Shown here piece after piece: positions 60,352 through 64,000 of a stretch of 64,000 nucleotides of DNA. Under the pieces are notes generated by a model. It ran no database searches and was not told where the DNA came from. It was given only the letters and a program-made list of their open reading frames with translations. The stretch's first letter is position 1; every line of letters begins with the position of its first letter. Source of the stretch: Candidatus Bathyarchaeota archaeon. GTDB taxonomy: Archaea; Thermoproteota; Bathyarchaeia; Bathyarchaeales; Bathycorpusculaceae. Location of the stretch: positions 119,369 to 183,368 of the forward strand of contig CAWDRR010000002.1 in NCBI GenBank assembly GCA_963804785.1, read 5' to 3'. The translations under genes and the position numbers were made by a program.

Positions 60352-62737
60352 TGTGGTGTCTCCTCTTGGTTTAGTGTTTTTTTCCAGCTATGTCTTAGTT
60401 TTTCAAGTGAAGCGTCAATTGCACTTTTTCCATTCAACCCCATGATGAGTAGTTTTGGTTCTTTTGTTACTTTGCCAATTAAAGCGCAGTTCTTGCCTTT
60501 CATTAAAGTCTCAAAGTCTTCCTTGTCTGCTTCTGCAACTTCGATTAGAAAGCGACTGTTTGACTCTGAGAACAATGCAAAATCGTTCCGGATAACTTCT
60601 TTTGACTGGTACTTTGCTGAGGTCTATTTCTAAACCGTAGCCGCTTGCAAACGCCATTTCAGCCGCTGCTACTGCTAAACCGCCTTCCGAGAGGTCGTGG
60701 CATGATTTAACTAATCCTTCGTCAATGGCTTTAGTAACTGCTCTGAAGGTACGTTTGGCTTTTGCCCCTTTTACTTTGGGTACGCTTGCGCCAAGGTAGC
60801 CTTTGAGTTTGTAGTATTCGGAGCCGCCGAGTTCGTTGTATGTTTCGCCGATGATGTAGAGAAGGTTGCCGGGGGCTTTGAGTTCCATGGAGATGGTTGA
60901 TTGGATGTTGGGAATTACGCCTACTGCTGTGATTAGCAGCGTGGGTGTTATTGGACCCAGCGGCGATTCGTTGTATAGGCTGTCTTTTCCTGAAATGAAC
61001 GGTGCCTTAAATGCTACAGAGAAATCGTAGCATGCTTGACACGCTCTCACAAGTGATCCTAATCGCTCTGGCTTCTCTGGGTTACCCCAAGTGAAGTTGT
61101 CTAGTAGCGAGATTCTTCTTCCACCCACTGCTACGTTGTTGCGGATTGCTTCGTCAATGGCTGAAGCTGCCATCCAATAAGCATCAATTTTGCCATAATT
61201 TGGGTTCATACCACAAGAAATCACTAAACCTTTCCACGAATCGTCTAGAGGTTTTAGCACGGCGGCGTCGTTAGGTCCTGCGTATTCGCCTTGCAAGGGT
61301 TTGAGGGTTGTGTTGCCTTTGACTTCATGGTCGTAGGTGCGAATGATGCTTTCTTTGCTAGCAATGTTAGGCGCTGCGAGTAGTTGGAGTAAGGTTTCGG
61401 TTAGGTTTGATGGTTCTGGGAATTCTGGTTCGTGAAGGTTGTTTTTTCGATGGTTGCAACTTTGCTGCTTGTGCATGGGTTGAAGAGAAAAGTCATGTCT
61501 ATGTCGCTGACGGTTTCTCCATTGTAGGTAAGTTTTAGGTGTCTCTCAGGTGTCAGTGTTCCAATGGCTGTTGCAATAACGTCTTCCTTCTCAAAAACAG
61601 CCATAACTCGCTCTAGATTTTCAGAGGGCACAGTAATTAGCATGCGTTCTTGTGATTCTGAAAGATAAATTTCCCATGGTGCCAAATCCCTGATACTTCA
61701 AAGGTACCTTGGCTAAGTCCACAGTGACTCCGCAGTTAAACCGTTCTGCTGTTTCGCCAACTGCTGAAGATAATCCTCCGCCGCCAATGTCAGTTACAGC
61801 TGAAGCAAGTTGTAGGTCGCGAATTTCCACTATTGCTCGTTTAACTTTTTCTTCTTCGATGGGGTCTGCAATTTGGACTGCTGGACGCGAGACTTTCTTC
61901 TGATTTCTCTGTTAATTCTGCGGATGCGAAGGTTACGCCGTGGATGCCGTCGCGTCCTGTTTTTCCACCTGCCAAAACTACAATGTCACCGACTTTGGCG
62001 TTTTTTGCATACTTGTTTAGAGGTAAAAGTCCGATGCAACCACAGTATACTGTGACGTTGCCTGTGTAGGAGTCGTCGAAGTATATTGCACCGTTTACGG
62101 TTGGGATTCCCATGTTATTGCCGTAGGCGCTGATGCCTGCGGTGACACCCATGTAAACGTATTTTGGATGTTTAACGCCTGCAGGAAGTTTCTTGTAATC
62201 GTAATCTAAGGGTCCAAAACCCAAGACGTCGGTGCAAGCGATTGGGTCAGCCCACACTCCAAGGATGTCGCGGATTACGCCGCCAACTCCTGTTGCTGCG
62301 CCACCAAAGGGCTCAACAGCAGAGGGATGATTGTGAGTTTCCACTTTTGCTGCTATGCCAAAACCCTTGTCAAACTTGACAATTCCAGCGTTGTCTTCAA
62401 AAACGCTAACACACCACGGGGCCTTGATTTGTTTGGTAGCTTTGGCAATGTAGGTTTTGAAGAGGCTGTCGATTTCTTTGCCGTCGATTTGGATTTTGCC
62501 TTTGAAGGTTTTGTGGCAGCAATGCTCAGACCATGTTTGGCTAATGGTTTGTAGTTCTACATCGGTTGGATTTCGTTTTTCTTCTTTAAAATAAGCTTGA
62601 ATATTGCATAGTTCTTGTTGGCTAAAACCCAAAGCTAATTCACTGTTGATTTCTTTAAGTTCCTCTGAGGTAGCTTTTGTTATTGCAACTTCTAATACTG
62701 GGCTGTTTTTGCGTTGGGTGTAGAGGTTAGCGTTCAT
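60348..62737 (-). CDS. purL: FGAM synthase synthetase subunit (about four apparent frameshifts)
   Basis: QTWSEHC.HK, KVETHNHPSA, GRDGIHG, DIGGGG, SESQERM, YDHEV, SGKDSLYN, HDLSEGG, FSESNSR. Confidence 0.93.
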
Positions 62738-62985
62738 TTGGATTCAACGACGCTTATGGTGTAGTTGTCTTTGGTTGGGTTTGTCAATAGGCGTTTGCTC
62801 ATTTCTTCTGCCTTTGCTTTAGCTTCAGTCAGCGTTGATGCGTCAAGGGTTACCGTGTACACTTTGCTAACATCCACCATTTGAACCTTGTAGCCGAGTT
62901 CCACAAGTAAACGTGCGGTTGTTTCGCCTTCCGGGTTGCTATGTCCGGGTTTGAGGCTGACTTCAATTTTGGCAGCGTATTTCAT
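62734..62985 (-). CDS. purS: FGAM synthase subunit PurS
   Basis: VSLKPG..NPEG, LLTNP..DNY. Confidence 0.9.
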   Translation of the reverse strand: MKYAAKIEVSLKPGHSNPEGETTARLLVELGYKVQMVDVSKVYTVTLDASTLTEAKAKAEEMSKRLLTNPTKDNYTISVVESK

Positions 62986-63043
62986 AAGCCTTTAAAATAA
63001 GCAATCAGGATTTAAACGCTTTCGTTAAGAAAAGAGCAATATT

Positions 63044-64000
63044 TTACGTGAAAACCATGTGTTTGTTCCTGTAATTTATTTCCACGACTTTTTGTTTGTT
63101 GGTTATTTTGCCGATTATCTCCGGGTTTACACCAACCTGCTTTAGTGTGCTTAATGCTTTCTCGGTATCTGCTTTGTCAACCACTATGCCAAAACCCCAG
63201 CCCATGTTAAACGTCTTAAACATCTCCTCATCAGTTATGATAAATCCCAGTTCGACTGCGGTTCTCTGGATTAAACCAAAGATCGGATGTGGCTTGAAGT
63301 TGTTGAATTCAAAACCGATGCCTGGAGAATAGTTGGCGAGGTTATTGAATTTTAAATAGGCATCACCAGTTATGTGGACAGCTGCCTTAACTTTGACTTC
63401 GTGAGCAAGTTTCAAGACAGGTTTAACGTAGATTTTCGTGGGTTCCAAAACTTCAAGAACTACTTCCCTGTCCAACCCTTCTGGAACGTCATTTGGCAGG
63501 TATTTTCCGCCCCACTGCTTGAAGAGGATTTTTCTAGCGAGCGTTATAGCGTTGCTGTGCAGACCGCTGCTGGCTAAACCAATGATTGTGTCGTCCGGTT
63601 TGATGTTTTCGCCTGTGATGATTTCTTTCCGTTCAACACTACCTACTGAGGCTACAACCATGTCGAACCCGGCGTTTTCAGCTAAGCCCTTGATGAGTTC
63701 AGCTACATCGCCTGTTTCGCCGCCTGTAACGGGACATTCGGATTCGTGGGCGCCTTGGATGATGCCTTTTAGCCATTCATTTACTAGTGTGGGTTCGCTG
63801 GCTTGCGCATGAATGTTGTCCGCTATTGAAAGCGGTTTGGCGCCTGAACGGATTACATCATTAACAGCCATCGCAACTGCGTCTATGCCTATGGTGTCGT
63901 ATTTTTGTGCCAGCTGCGCCACAAGAACTTTGGTGCCTACACCTTCGATGACCAAATCCAAAAAAGTATTCTCGCCGATGGGGAAGATGTTTCCGTAGGG
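63044..64000 (-). CDS. purM: AIR synthetase (5' end outside window)
   Basis: EGVGTK, AMAVND, GGET, SSGLHSN, HITG, TFNMG. Confidence 0.93.
   Translation of the reverse strand, partial: PYGNIFPIGENTFLDLVIEGVGTKVLVAQLAQKYDTIGIDAVAMAVNDVIRSGAKPLSIADNIHAQASEPTLVNEWLKGIIQGAHESECPVTGGETGDVAELIKGLAENAGFDMVVASVGSVERKEIITGENIKPDDTIIGLASSGLHSNAITLARKILFKQWGGKYLPNDVPEGLDREVVLEVLEPTKIYVKPVLKLAHEVKVKAAVHITGDAYLKFNNLANYSPGIGFEFNNFKPHPIFGLIQRTAVELGFIITDEEMFKTFNMGWGFGIVVDKADTEKALSTLKQVGVNPEIIGKITNKQKVVEINYRNKHMVFT

Noticed and set aside
46365-62737. Programmed frameshifting or mass pseudogenisation of cdh, ftr and purL
   Set aside because: No slippery-site pattern, protein motifs are fully conserved across the breaks, and the two-allele insertion signature points to consensus artefacts.
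1-64000. CRISPR array, transposase, integrase, rRNA or tRNA
   Set aside because: No regularly spaced repeats or recognisable motifs found by eye; small or degenerate elements could have been missed.

Overview
Archaeal anaerobe chromosome segment, most likely Bathyarchaeia (inferred from the archaeal cdhABCDE ACDS operon, cofE, FrhB-family, Ftr-family, W-AOR and two DUF5752-like genes, plus frequent TTG/GTG starts). Left (1-19 kb): Fe-S protein, HDAC-family hydrolase, argS, two convergent deoxyhypusine synthase homologues, RLAN/RimK/GCS2 ligase cluster, cofE/MTHFR-like/FrhB, cooC, bcp, copA. Centre (19-46 kb): a metal/redox block with sufCB, ZIP+NikR, unannotated Cys-rich microproteins, an Lrp regulator with a Cys-rich tail, ferredoxins, AOR, an Orange-protein-like Mrp/NifX/IscU/MinD operon, a CDF-NifX fusion, a stand-alone second cdhAB and a thioredoxin operon. 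Right (46-64 kb): the full cdhABCDE operon, a purF-purD-HAD-ftr-like-pfkB operon and purMSLQ. Main findings: (1) paired 15-bp palindromes (GTTTA-N5-TAAAC, 31-32 bp apart, flanking the TATA box) at four promoters, defining a candidate regulon of the Cys-tailed Lrp that links the orphan CODH to metallocluster-biogenesis genes; (2) an Ftr-like formyltransferase inside the purine operon, possibly the missing GAR formyltransferase; (3) most frameshifts look like two SNP alleles written side by side, i.e. mixed-strain consensus artefacts, and they are absent from the central ~28 kb. No tRNA, rRNA, CRISPR or transposase was recognised. All calls come from motif reading; no database search was run.
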